A stretch of DNA of 64,000 nt from a phage. The notes beneath the pieces are model-generated. The model had not been told where the DNA came from. It worked only from the letters and a program-made list of their open reading frames with translations, and ran no database searches. The position numbers and the translations under genes are program-made. Positions within the stretch are counted from its first letter, which is position 1. Each line of letters starts with the position of its first letter. The stretch lies in sequence record PZ496580.1. One strand, written 5' to 3'. Positions 19,550 to 28,251 of the stretch are shown piece after piece.

Positions 19550-19769
19550 GATGGATTGGTTCGATCTCGTGAAACAGTGCTAAACAATCATGATTATGCA
19601 ACACTGGCTTACCATCAATCAATGCATGGAATGTATACAAACGACCAGTAGACAAATAGCTGTCCTCACGCTCAACCAGTTCAATAGCAATCTTTTTAGC
19701 TCGTTCCTTGTGTCGTTGTGCTTTACGCTTACGGTTTAATGATTTCATATTCACCTCACACATTATCAA
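19449..19769 (-). CDS. hypothetical basic protein (C-terminal 30 aa look out-of-frame)
   Basis: 106-aa ORF; Cys/Trp-rich tail CSCGHAGWCWILGTCYYP overlaps the next ORF. Confidence 0.4.
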   Translation of the reverse strand: MIMCEVNMKSLNRKRKAQRHKERAKKIAIELVEREDSYLSTGRLYTFHALIDGKPVLHNHDCLALFHEIEPIHREWDDNKSKGQYFLTCSCGHAGWCWILGTCYYP

Positions 19770-20311
19770 AGGTCGCGATATAGTACATTATGAAAATGAG
19801 AACTTGCATTACCAATATTGTAGATAATAAATTCTTCATCCGGCGCTTGCGCTACAAATTGAGTATGAGCAACCGCTACAACCTTAAAAATACGATCCGT
19901 GATCTTGTGTTTAATTTCTGTTCCTACTTCCATAGGAACATATTCATGTGTTTCTGTTTCAGTCGCAAAACAGCCATCTTCTTCATAAGCACGAACAAAT
20001 CGATCGCAATCAGTACGCTTAACAAATTCAAGAGTATATAATTCTCGTGAATTGTCGGTATAAACCAACACAGAATTATTCTGATAGCGAATCACATACA
20101 GGTTATTATCATCGTCAATTACGCAAAAGCTACGGATTTGTGTTCCTTCGCCTTTACTCCAGCAGATATTAACCACCGTTCCTCTAATAAAAAAACTTTC
20201 CTTTAAATTAAAACTAGCCAATGTGCTAGCGTGCATTTTAACAACAACACCATCGCCAATTTCCAGTTTACGAAGTTTAACTTCTTTGCTCAGCACACAA
20301 AACATCATCAT
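19766..20311 (-). CDS. hypothetical protein
   Basis: 181-aa ORF downstream of a promoter cassette. Confidence 0.55.
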   Translation of the reverse strand: MMMFCVLSKEVKLRKLEIGDGVVVKMHASTLASFNLKESFFIRGTVVNICWSKGEGTQIRSFCVIDDDNNLYVIRYQNNSVLVYTDNSRELYTLEFVKRTDCDRFVRAYEEDGCFATETETHEYVPMEVGTEIKHKITDRIFKVVAVAHTQFVAQAPDEEFIIYNIGNASSHFHNVLYRDL

Positions 20312-20340
20312 GTTGTCCTCTCGTTGTTTTCGATGTGAGC

Positions 20341-20369
20341 ATTATACATTAGCTAATCAGGTTGTCAAC
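20341..20369 (-). promoter_or_regulatory. early sigma70-type promoter (TTGACA-17-TATAAT)
   Basis: minus strand TTGACAacctgattagctaatgTATAATgctcacatcgaaaacaacgagagg. Confidence 0.6.
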
Positions 20370-20373
20370 ACCT

Positions 20374-20406
20374 AAAAACGAAAAAGCCGACCCTTTCGGA
20401 TCGGCT
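20374..20406 (-). terminator. intrinsic terminator after nrdD
   Basis: minus strand agccgatccGAAAgggtcggc followed by tttttcgttttt. Confidence 0.7.
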
Positions 20407-20411
20407 GAAAA

Positions 20412-22274
20412 TTACATGTGCTTAACGCGGTTTACCATCTCGGAATGTTTCCCGTGGTTAAATGGACGCAGATCAACAGATCCAAGATATCCACTAACGC
20501 GACGGATAACATTCATTTTTTCCAGATTATCATTTCCGCAATCAGGGCAAACAAAACCAGACTCGGTCGCTCTCATTTCCTTAGTAGATCCGCATACATG
20601 ACACACATCAGAAGGGGTATTAACACCGAAGTAGTGCAATTTATCCATTGCATAGTCTACTACAGTTTCAAGCCCTTTAATGTTGTTTTTCATGTCTGGA
20701 AACTCAACATAAGAGATCATGCCACCGGACGCCAGCCAGTGATAGTCTTTCTCAAAGTCGATTTTCTCAAACGGTGTGACTTTCCGGTCTACGTCAAGGT
20801 GGAATGAGTTGGTGTACCAGTCTTTATCGGTAGCACCCTTAACAATACCAAATTGCTCTCGGTCCAGTCGATTAAATCGATAGCAAAGGCTTTCGGCTGG
20901 CGTACCGTAAAGACTAAACCCAAGTCCGGTTTCGTCCTTCCATTTTTCAGTATAATGACGCAAGATCTTAAGAATATGTTTACCGTATCGCTGCGCATCT
21001 TCCGAATCAAACGGATGAACACCAAACAGGACGCTCAATACCTCATGTAAACCAATATACCCAAGAGAGATACTAGCGCGACCATCTTTCAACACTTCCA
21101 AAATTTCATCGTTTTGATGAATACGGAAAAATGCACCTTCGGTATACAGTACAGGAGCAACATTGGCTTTAGCGCCTTTTAAAGCGTCTACGCGACTCAT
21201 GAGCGCATCAAAACAAATAGGCATACGATTAGCTAGCTCTTGTTCGAATAGCTCAATTCTGCGCATTACAGACGCTTTACCAGCACGACGCGCGGCAATA
21301 AGGGCAATACGCGGAAGATTCAGAGTAACAACACCTAAGTTATTACGTCCGTCTAATACTTCTTCGCCTTTCTCATTATGCCACACACCCAGGAAGCTAC
21401 GACAACCCATCGGGCTAACCGGAACACTAGATCCAGTGATACTACGGTTATTCTTCGCAGAGATATAATCAGGGTAAAGACGCTTACTAGAACATTCCAA
21501 TGCAAGTTGTTTAATGTCGTAGTTCGGATCTTCCGGTTTAAGGTTTAATCCTTCTTCTAAGAACATCACCAGCTTAGGAAACACCGGAGTTATACCATCT
21601 TTACCTAAACCTTTAGTTCGAACTTTCAGGATCGCTTTCTGAATCAGTTTTTCTTCCCAGCTAGTACCCATACCAAATGTTAAAGTCACAAAAGGTGTTT
21701 GACCGTTGGTGGAGAACAAAGTGTTGATTTCATATTCCAACGCCTGATACCCGTCTAGCGTTTCTTTTTCTGTCTTCTCTTGTGCATAGAGAGTATCAGC
21801 TTTGATTCCGTAGGTTTCGGCATCAGCAAGGTGTTTATGATATGTTTTCTCAACATACGGTGCTAACACCTGATCGATGTTTGCAATTGTGGTCCCGCCA
21901 TATTGATGACTTGCCACCTGTGCGATAATTTGAGCGGTTACAGCACAAGCAACGCCGATTGATTTCGGACTTTCGATTTGTGCGCTACCCAATTTAAAAC
22001 CATTCTCTAGCATGTCTTTTAGATTAACAAGACAGCAGTTAGTAAACGGCATAGCGGGTGCATAATCCATATCATGATAATGAATATCACCGTCTACATG
22101 CGCTTTATAGATGTGCTCAGGTAACACGGTTTTAGCAATCTGTTTAGACACAGCGCCAGCAATCAGATCTCGACGTGTCGGGAATGTTCGCGCGTCTTTG
22201 TTCGCGTTCTCTTTGCTTACTTCGTTTTCTTTACCCGTTGCGATCTCTGTAATGTCTTTGATTAGTTTTTCCAT
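20412..22274 (-). CDS. nrdD: anaerobic ribonucleoside-triphosphate reductase NrdD (glycyl radical enzyme)
   Basis: 620 aa; C-terminal Cys-rich zinc ribbon CHVCGS..CPDCG and glycyl-radical RVSGY motif; uninterrupted (no intron). Confidence 0.92.
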   Translation of the reverse strand: MEKLIKDITEIATGKENEVSKENANKDARTFPTRRDLIAGAVSKQIAKTVLPEHIYKAHVDGDIHYHDMDYAPAMPFTNCCLVNLKDMLENGFKLGSAQIESPKSIGVACAVTAQIIAQVASHQYGGTTIANIDQVLAPYVEKTYHKHLADAETYGIKADTLYAQEKTEKETLDGYQALEYEINTLFSTNGQTPFVTLTFGMGTSWEEKLIQKAILKVRTKGLGKDGITPVFPKLVMFLEEGLNLKPEDPNYDIKQLALECSSKRLYPDYISAKNNRSITGSSVPVSPMGCRSFLGVWHNEKGEEVLDGRNNLGVVTLNLPRIALIAARRAGKASVMRRIELFEQELANRMPICFDALMSRVDALKGAKANVAPVLYTEGAFFRIHQNDEILEVLKDGRASISLGYIGLHEVLSVLFGVHPFDSEDAQRYGKHILKILRHYTEKWKDETGLGFSLYGTPAESLCYRFNRLDREQFGIVKGATDKDWYTNSFHLDVDRKVTPFEKIDFEKDYHWLASGGMISYVEFPDMKNNIKGLETVVDYAMDKLHYFGVNTPSDVCHVCGSTKEMRATESGFVCPDCGNDNLEKMNVIRRVSGYLGSVDLRPFNHGKHSEMVNRVKHM

Positions 22275-22319
22275 TGTATCACCTATGAAAAAGCGGGATT
22301 TTCTCCCGCTCGTTGATAG

Positions 22320-22814
22320 TTATTTTACCAGTTCTGCTAATTCTTTTTCTTTAGCTTCTAGTTCAGCTTTAAGCTGTTTAATCTCTTGTCGCTTCTTATT
22401 AGCGGCTTCTTGCTTACTATTTCGGATAACCTGATCTAGATACAACTCCCAATCCTGAATATTTTTGATAATGTAACCGTCAACATTAATTGGTCGGAGA
22501 TTCAGTACAGCTTCCAGTTTAGTTGCAAAAACTTTAATTGCTGGGGTGAAGTATTCATATTCGTTATCTTCAAACCAATAACCTAGACTTGCATTATCAA
22601 TACGAAGACGAAGTTCAAGATCAAGGTCTTTATCTTCGGTGTATAGGTCTTTTACACCCCCCATCGAACCAACAACAACTTTAAAACGAATTTTATCAAC
22701 ACCACCAAACACATCAGTAAGGATACCAGCAATTGAGCTATTAGCGCAAGATTGGTCGCTGAATGCGTCAAGGTTTTCTTTAGTTACAGTATACCAAACA
22801 TCTTGTTTCCACAT
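22320..22814 (-). CDS. paralog-family protein (member B1), C-terminal coiled coil
   Basis: WKQDVWYTVTKENLDAFS module resembling the A-group; KQLKAELEAKEKELAELVK tail. Confidence 0.55.
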   Translation of the reverse strand: MWKQDVWYTVTKENLDAFSDQSCANSSIAGILTDVFGGVDKIRFKVVVGSMGGVKDLYTEDKDLDLELRLRIDNASLGYWFEDNEYEYFTPAIKVFATKLEAVLNLRPINVDGYIIKNIQDWELYLDQVIRNSKQEAANKKRQEIKQLKAELEAKEKELAELVK

Positions 22815-22844
22815 AATATAATCCTCTCGTTGTTAAGTGGGAGT

Positions 22845-22872
22845 ATTATAGCATACTCCCTTTGCATGTCAA
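22845..22872 (-). promoter_or_regulatory. early promoter (TTGACA-16-TATAAT) with -10 inside GGGAGTAT/ATACTCCC inverted repeat
   Basis: minus strand TTGACAtgcaaagggagtatgcTATAATactccc. Confidence 0.55.
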
Positions 22873-24047
22873 GCACGAACTTTTTTCTTTACTGCTTTCA
22901 CCTTCTGGCGAATTGCTCGAATCTCTTCGATCTCTTTTTCAGTCTCTTTAACAATTTCTTTGCGATTCTGAATATCTGTATCGAGATTATCATCAAGTTT
23001 AGGCAGCATGTCAATCAAGAACTTTTTAAAGTCTTTCAGGTTTCGGATAACAGCACCTTCACCCATTACCGCCACCCCTACACCATCCGGTAGATCACCA
23101 AACAGTTTAACCAGTTCAGACAGATGATCATGATCTTCTAGTGCTTCTTCCGGTTCAGATGGTAGTTCAACAAAGTAATAGCGTTCATCATTGCTGATCA
23201 GGTGATACCAGCAAAGCCCAAAAGATTTAGGAGTATATTCTACACCATCAACTTCAACCGCGTCAACACTTCCGAAAGAATCTACTTTAGTTACCTTAAA
23301 TCCGTGTTCCAGCTTTTGAACAATTTCAATAACATGACTGGATACGGTTTCAGTGTTAAACCAATGAGGCAAATTATGTGGATTTGGTTTGTAGCGTTCG
23401 CCCACTTTAAATCTCTGACCACGCTCTTGCATACGGACATATTCAACTCGCGTTATTTCCGCGAAGTATTCAAATTCGCTACCGTCAAACACACAAGCCC
23501 ATTGATCACAAAAACGATCCGCCTTAACAGTTTCACCTTTCGCGGTGATCATGGTAGCCGATCCGTGAAATTCTTCTTCAACTAAAAAGCCATATTCGAC
23601 AAAATCAACAAGTTTCATGGCTTCTTTGTGCTCTGGATCATGCTCTCCCCAGAATCGCTTAAATTCTTGCAAACCTTCCGGGGTAAACGAATAACATTTA
23701 CCTTTTTCAAAGTAAGTCGGCATTGCATCCTCTTTCTTGTTCATCGCTTCGTATGTCTCTTTTGAGATACGTTTAAAGTATTTGCGCTCATTGTGCATAA
23801 TCATAGTAGCCCAATAATCCACAATATCATTAGCGGAATAAACTACATCTCCAGCTTCAATAGTAATAACATGACCGTGGTCATCTTTTTCTAATACTTT
23901 AAAGCCCTTTTCTACGATTTCAGCAACCCGAATATGACCACGGCGCGAAGCATCAGTCAGAATAATTGAATAGCGAGAAAAGTCTAGAAACTCATCTTTA
24001 CCGCCTTCACGGAATGCATAGTAATGCCCTTCAAAGAATTTAGCCAT
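22869..24047 (-). CDS. paralog-family protein (member B2, several tandem copies of the module)
   Basis: 392 aa; repeated Y.F...GFKVL...G.V..IE..G..Y...ERKYFKRISK units. Confidence 0.6.
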   Translation of the reverse strand: MAKFFEGHYYAFREGGKDEFLDFSRYSIILTDASRRGHIRVAEIVEKGFKVLEKDDHGHVITIEAGDVVYSANDIVDYWATMIMHNERKYFKRISKETYEAMNKKEDAMPTYFEKGKCYSFTPEGLQEFKRFWGEHDPEHKEAMKLVDFVEYGFLVEEEFHGSATMITAKGETVKADRFCDQWACVFDGSEFEYFAEITRVEYVRMQERGQRFKVGERYKPNPHNLPHWFNTETVSSHVIEIVQKLEHGFKVTKVDSFGSVDAVEVDGVEYTPKSFGLCWYHLISNDERYYFVELPSEPEEALEDHDHLSELVKLFGDLPDGVGVAVMGEGAVIRNLKDFKKFLIDMLPKLDDNLDTDIQNRKEIVKETEKEIEEIRAIRQKVKAVKKKVRA

Positions 24048-24078
24048 AATATAATCCTCTCGTTGTTTAGATGGGAGT

Positions 24079-24107
24079 ATCTTACTACTCCCGTTTCATC
24101 ATGTCAA
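24079..24107 (-). promoter_or_regulatory. early promoter (TTGACA-17-TAAGAT) with -10 inside GGGAGTA/TACTCCC inverted repeat
   Basis: minus strand TTGACAtgatgaaacgggagtagTAAGATactccc. Confidence 0.5.
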
Positions 24108-24670
24108 GCGTTAAATGACTTTTGGATCTCTTTCAGTTCAGCTACTTTATCGGCGCTATACTTTGCTTGATGTTCCATGCGCTTAAGCTCACCTTTGATA
24201 TAGGTTTCTAGCTTAGGTTTATTCTCAATCAGAAAATCTTTCAAGTCATCGGCATTTTTAAAGTATAGCTGATTATCAAAGCTAAAATCTTCCAGCGTCA
24301 ATGATACCAAAGAAGACTTCGCAAACAAGTTAATCAGATCTTCCAGAGATTCTTCTTTCTTAACTGGTTTCATTTCTTCAAACTGCTTTTTAGTGATGCG
24401 TTTAAAGTATTTGCGCTCGCTTGCATCAATCAGAATCGATGCACCCTCATAATCATGAGTTTCTACCAAATACACATTACCCATAACATTAACGGTCAGA
24501 ACTTTAAAGCCATTGCGAAGCACATCATGCAGGAATTTGTTATGTTGCGGGTATAGTTTAACAAATTCAACAGCAGCATTAGCACTACGGAAAGTGTAGT
24601 AACGGCCTCTTTCAAAAACAGCATCATTGGAAGATTTAGCCGGATATACTTTGTATGTTTTCTGCACCAT
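24104..24670 (-). CDS. paralog-family protein (member B3)
   Basis: ATG at 24670 after GAGGATTATATT; contains GFKVLTV and SERKYFKRITKK. Confidence 0.6.
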   Translation of the reverse strand: MVQKTYKVYPAKSSNDAVFERGRYYTFRSANAAVEFVKLYPQHNKFLHDVLRNGFKVLTVNVMGNVYLVETHDYEGASILIDASERKYFKRITKKQFEEMKPVKKEESLEDLINLFAKSSLVSLTLEDFSFDNQLYFKNADDLKDFLIENKPKLETYIKGELKRMEHQAKYSADKVAELKEIQKSFNA

Positions 24671-24684
24671 AATATAATCCTCTA

Positions 24685-24957
24685 TCATTTCACTAATTGA
24701 ACAGCACGGAACAGAATGCGATCACATGGAAGTAGCATAAAGTTCCAGCTCGGATCAAAGTCTTTAGCGGTGTAGGGTTTCCCATCAACAGAGATTTCAC
24801 TTACATAACCAATGGGCGACACTTTAAGAACAGTAAATCCATTCTTGATGACTTCGTAGGTATCTTTCAGACCTTCGTAGTCGTCCTCTAAGAAGTCTTT
24901 ACGTGCTTGCTCAGATTTAAAAACATAGGCCACACCAGCTTTAAACATCTTACGCAT
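24685..24957 (-). CDS. paralog-family protein (member B4, single module)
   Basis: AGVAYVFKSEQARKDF ... GFTVLKV ... ISVDGKPYT. Confidence 0.55.
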   Translation of the reverse strand: MRKMFKAGVAYVFKSEQARKDFLEDDYEGLKDTYEVIKNGFTVLKVSPIGYVSEISVDGKPYTAKDFDPSWNFMLLPCDRILFRAVQLVK

Positions 24958-24988
24958 TGTTGATTCTCCTTCTTGATTAGATGGGAGT

Positions 24989-25018
24989 ATTTTACTACTC
25001 CCATTTCATGTTGTCAAC
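24989..25018 (-). promoter_or_regulatory. early promoter (TTGACA ... TAAAAT) with -10 inside GGGAGTA/TACTCCC inverted repeat
   Basis: minus strand TTGACAacatgaaatgggagtagTAAAATactccc. Confidence 0.5.
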
Positions 25019-25023
25019 TACTA

Positions 25024-25497
25024 CTATCTTAATTTTTGTATGAATTGTTTCTTATACTTCTTCGTGATTTCTTCTCGTGTATCAGCGTCGCAGTAATCGA
25101 AACCTTCTGCGTCCATAATAGCAACCATCTCCGCGCGTGTCAAGCGTGAAAATCGTTTTACTTTATCAACAGCATATTGAGGATGTAAATGATTGTTGGT
25201 GTAGTCTCCTTTGATGTAATTAACATAGTTTGTAGCCCAAACAACGAAATCAGCACCTAAAGCACCAACCCCAAACCGCTTAAAGTCTCCGGTCAGCGAT
25301 CCTTCTAGGCGGTTGCAACACGAATGAAGCAATCCCCTTACGCGGCCTTGCCCTTTCCCATCTAGATCGTGATCATGGTCAAGATGGTTTTTGCTCATAT
25401 CCTCAAAAAGTGGCAATTGACAAAGGGGGCAAATGCCCCCCTGTTTTTCGAATAGTTCTTGTTTGTACTCTTTAGCACTCTTAGCAGTCAGTAACAT
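25024..25497 (-). CDS. 49: endonuclease VII (Holliday junction resolvase) gp49
   Basis: Colinear with T4 endo VII: CPLCQ, NHLDHDHDLDG, VRGLL, CNRLEG zinc site. Confidence 0.9.
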   Translation of the reverse strand: MLLTAKSAKEYKQELFEKQGGICPLCQLPLFEDMSKNHLDHDHDLDGKGQGRVRGLLHSCCNRLEGSLTGDFKRFGVGALGADFVVWATNYVNYIKGDYTNNHLHPQYAVDKVKRFSRLTRAEMVAIMDAEGFDYCDADTREEITKKYKKQFIQKLR

Positions 25498-25521
25498 AAA
25501 TTCACCCTCCAAAGAAGGTAT

Positions 25522-25803
25522 TTAACCATTAATCTTGTTTTTGACTACAAAGGACCGGAACTCATCAAAGCCACCGATATAATCACCATTATAGAAAATC
25601 TGCGGCATGGTGGCAATAACTTCTACCCCTGCGCGATCCTGAATATCGGCAATGATAGAATCAATCTTTACCGGGCGACCGTTTTCGTCAACACCATCAT
25701 TAACCGGAATGTAGATGTAAGGGATCTTACGCGCTTCACAAAGGCGCTTTGCATTCTGGCAATACTTACAGTTGTAACCTTCAAAACCAAAAATTTCTAC
25801 CAT
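25522..25803 (-). CDS. nrdC: thioredoxin/glutaredoxin NrdC
   Basis: CKYCQNAKRL active site and TMPQIFYNGDYIGGFDEF as in T4 NrdC; ATG at 25803 with GAGGT RBS. Confidence 0.85.
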   Translation of the reverse strand: MVEIFGFEGYNCKYCQNAKRLCEARKIPYIYIPVNDGVDENGRPVKIDSIIADIQDRAGVEVIATMPQIFYNGDYIGGFDEFRSFVVKNKING

Positions 25804-25811
25804 GTTATACC

Positions 25812-26624
25812 TCAATCTACGTTAGTTACATAAACTTCTTGCGTATCAGAAGACTTGCCACCTGAACGATCTAGGCAATAGGTCTTATTCAACAGGACGC
25901 AGTTTAAATCGTTCCGCTTGATAAAGTCAAGAAGATGATCATTTACCTTTCCCTTATGATGTGTGACATTACTGATACCAAACTGAAAACCACGCGCCAT
26001 AATAGATTCTACCCACTGATAGAATTTAATCTCTTCCTCGTCACTCCAGAACTTATTATATTCCGCAGAAGTGATAAGGTACGGCGGGTCCAAATAAACG
26101 AAATCACCTGGCAAGATCTCGATCTCGTCATATCGTCCAGAAGTAAAATTGATTCGACCGTCTTTGTTTTCTTCTTTAAAATTCAGGACACGCTCTACCG
26201 CGTTTTCGTTAAAAGTCCGGCGACCAAAGTTAGCATTAAATTCGCCCTTCCGGTTATGGCGGTTAATGTTGCTAAAACTATGCTGAATCAACACAAACAG
26301 AGATAGCGGATCTGGATTCTCGTTATACTTCTTGCGGAATGCCATATAAGAATCTTTATCATCACGAGACAAACCATTCTCGGCAATAATCCGCTTGATC
26401 GTAGAAACCGGATCAGGACACTCGTCAATCGCTTTGTACGCGTCAATTAAGCGGTGATCATAGTCATTAGCCAGCACATCCCCTTCGACGTACAGAGACA
26501 CGCTCAAGCCGCCACAAAAGGCATCAACAAAGCGGTTATAGTGCTTAGGGAAATACTTACTAACACCAGGCAATAACTTTTCCTTATTGCCCGTATAGGG
26601 AATTAAACCTAATGCTTTCTTCAT
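25812..26624 (-). CDS. dam: DNA adenine methyltransferase (Dam family)
   Basis: YTGNKEKLLP, FVDAFCGGLSV SAM motif, DFVYLDPPYL catalytic motif; near-colinear with T4 Dam. Confidence 0.9.
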   Translation of the reverse strand: MKKALGLIPYTGNKEKLLPGVSKYFPKHYNRFVDAFCGGLSVSLYVEGDVLANDYDHRLIDAYKAIDECPDPVSTIKRIIAENGLSRDDKDSYMAFRKKYNENPDPLSLFVLIQHSFSNINRHNRKGEFNANFGRRTFNENAVERVLNFKEENKDGRINFTSGRYDEIEILPGDFVYLDPPYLITSAEYNKFWSDEEEIKFYQWVESIMARGFQFGISNVTHHKGKVNDHLLDFIKRNDLNCVLLNKTYCLDRSGGKSSDTQEVYVTNVD

Positions 26625-27055
26625 TATCCCTTCCTCAAATAAGTTCGCTCAATCTCTACCAGTTCGAAAAAATCTTGCCAACCGCAAGGAAAATTGCAGT
26701 TTCCGAAATGATCCTCTTTGTAAAGTTCTTTACCGGATGGCAGCTTAATATCTGTTACGCTGTAGTATCCGCAACAATCGCAATCACCCTCTGTATATTC
26801 TGTTTTAGTCGGAATATCCATCATTGCCAGATACAAAGGTACATCGTCTTGCTCAAAGTTCATGTAACCTTCATGGTCAAACGAAACAAAATTGTCATCA
26901 CCACCGAAAGGGATATAATGGTCATAGTCGGTTACAGGTTGACCGTGTAATTCCCATTCTACAATTTTAATATTACCGCTAAAATTGATACCCATAATTT
27001 CAACAAGAAAATGAGTATCGTCAATGTAAATCTTACTAGGAGTTGGATAAACCAT
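26624..27055 (-). CDS. hypothetical Cys-rich protein
   Basis: 143-aa ORF; CDCCG..C..C cluster. Confidence 0.5.
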   Translation of the reverse strand: MVYPTPSKIYIDDTHFLVEIMGINFSGNIKIVEWELHGQPVTDYDHYIPFGGDDNFVSFDHEGYMNFEQDDVPLYLAMMDIPTKTEYTEGDCDCCGYYSVTDIKLPSGKELYKEDHFGNCNFPCGWQDFFELVEIERTYLRKG

Positions 27056-27065
27056 TATATAATCC

Positions 27066-27362
27066 TCATATCTCAGAGAATAGAATCTCTGTTAGCTTCA
27101 CTGACTGCTCTCTGAATGTTAGCGTATACTCGAAAGGAAAGTCAACACCTAATTTCAGAAGAGAATAGCCTACCGCCTCTTTATGCTTATCGGTTAGGGC
27201 AATCCTAACCAATTCCCGTTGAATCTCTTTAGGCGGTGAATGGATAGTAACACTGGTATCATGCAATGTCCAGTCACCATTACGAATCAAGATTAACGGT
27301 TTATCGTCATTGAAGATCACCGACCCCTTTCCGGTCGGTGAGTGTTTTATACTAATCATCAA
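27066..27362 (-). CDS. hypothetical protein
   Basis: 98-aa ORF. Confidence 0.5.
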   Translation of the reverse strand: MMISIKHSPTGKGSVIFNDDKPLILIRNGDWTLHDTSVTIHSPPKEIQRELVRIALTDKHKEAVGYSLLKLGVDFPFEYTLTFREQSVKLTEILFSEI

Positions 27363-27573
27363 ATTCTAAGAAATATTCTGGAACGATATAACCGTTAAAG
27401 TCATTGCACTTATAAAAATGTGGTGCATTTAATGCTGGATGAGCGTTTGTAAACCTCACGTCAGCCAGAAACAGAACGTAATTAACAGGTCTGATACCGA
27501 CAGAATCAGGATCTAATCCCTTTTCTCTCAGTTCAGCCAGCGTTAAAACTCGTCCAGATCGTAACTTAGCCAT
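27352..27573 (-). CDS. hypothetical protein
   Basis: 73-aa ORF. Confidence 0.45.
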   Translation of the reverse strand: MAKLRSGRVLTLAELREKGLDPDSVGIRPVNYVLFLADVRFTNAHPALNAPHFYKCNDFNGYIVPEYFLEFDD

Positions 27574-27859
27574 GATTTACCCCCAATTCATCAAGATTAT
27601 GTCGCAGCATTTCAGAGTATTTTTCTACTTCCTTGATCTTAGTGTGGATCTCCACGATCTCATCTTCACTATCAGAAAGTTTAATGGCAATAGCGGTGCT
27701 GCTTTTACCCGCCTTGATCGCTTCTTTCAGTTCAACCAACATGTCCGCGTGTTTCAATAGTAATTCTTCACGTTGAACATAAGCGACGGTCAAAGCCTCA
27801 TCAGCGATTTCTAAAGCATTTTCAGCGACACCAACAACCATTTTACGAGTAGACAGCAT
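27566..27859 (-). CDS. hypothetical protein (helical)
   Basis: 97-aa ORF. Confidence 0.5.
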   Translation of the reverse strand: MLSTRKMVVGVAENALEIADEALTVAYVQREELLLKHADMLVELKEAIKAGKSSTAIAIKLSDSEDEIVEIHTKIKEVEKYSEMLRHNLDELGVNHG

Positions 27860-27873
27860 AAATTCACCTCACA

Positions 27874-28182
27874 TTATTTCACGTTAACGCCGTCATCAAT
27901 CCAGCCGACGCTATTTGGTTTAACAGTTTTACCATAGGATGCATACTTAATCAAGCATGGTTTAACATCATTATCAAATCTTCCTAAACGTACTCCAAAA
28001 TCAGGAATATCCATGTATGCGGCTTTATATCCCCATGTACCGTATTCAGAATCAATCTCAACCGGACGGCCTTTAAAAGCATACACGACACCGTGACGGT
28101 CAACGATAACATAGCAATAGCCAGCCGGAAGATACACAGTTTCGCCGTAAACTTTAACTGGAGTAGCAGAAGAGATAAACAT
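27874..28182 (-). CDS. hypothetical protein
   Basis: 102-aa ORF; ATG after GAGGATTATATT cassette. Confidence 0.55.
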   Translation of the reverse strand: MFISSATPVKVYGETVYLPAGYCYVIVDRHGVVYAFKGRPVEIDSEYGTWGYKAAYMDIPDFGVRLGRFDNDVKPCLIKYASYGKTVKPNSVGWIDDGVNVK

Positions 28183-28216
28183 AATATAATCCTCACATCG
28201 TTCATTTGATGCGGTT

Positions 28217-28245
28217 ATTATATGATAACCGCATTTTCATGTCAA
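28217..28245 (-). promoter_or_regulatory. early promoter (TTGACA-17-TATAAT) with -10 inside GCGGTTAT/ATAACCGC inverted repeat
   Basis: minus strand aaaaacTGTTGACAtgaaaatgcggttatcaTATAATaaccgc. Confidence 0.6.
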
Positions 28246-28251
28246 CAGTTT

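Noticed and set aside
20412-22274. Group I intron in nrdD (as in T4)
   Set aside because: The nrdD ORF is continuous at 620 aa with N- and C-terminal motifs intact; no interruption seen. tk is likewise uninterrupted.
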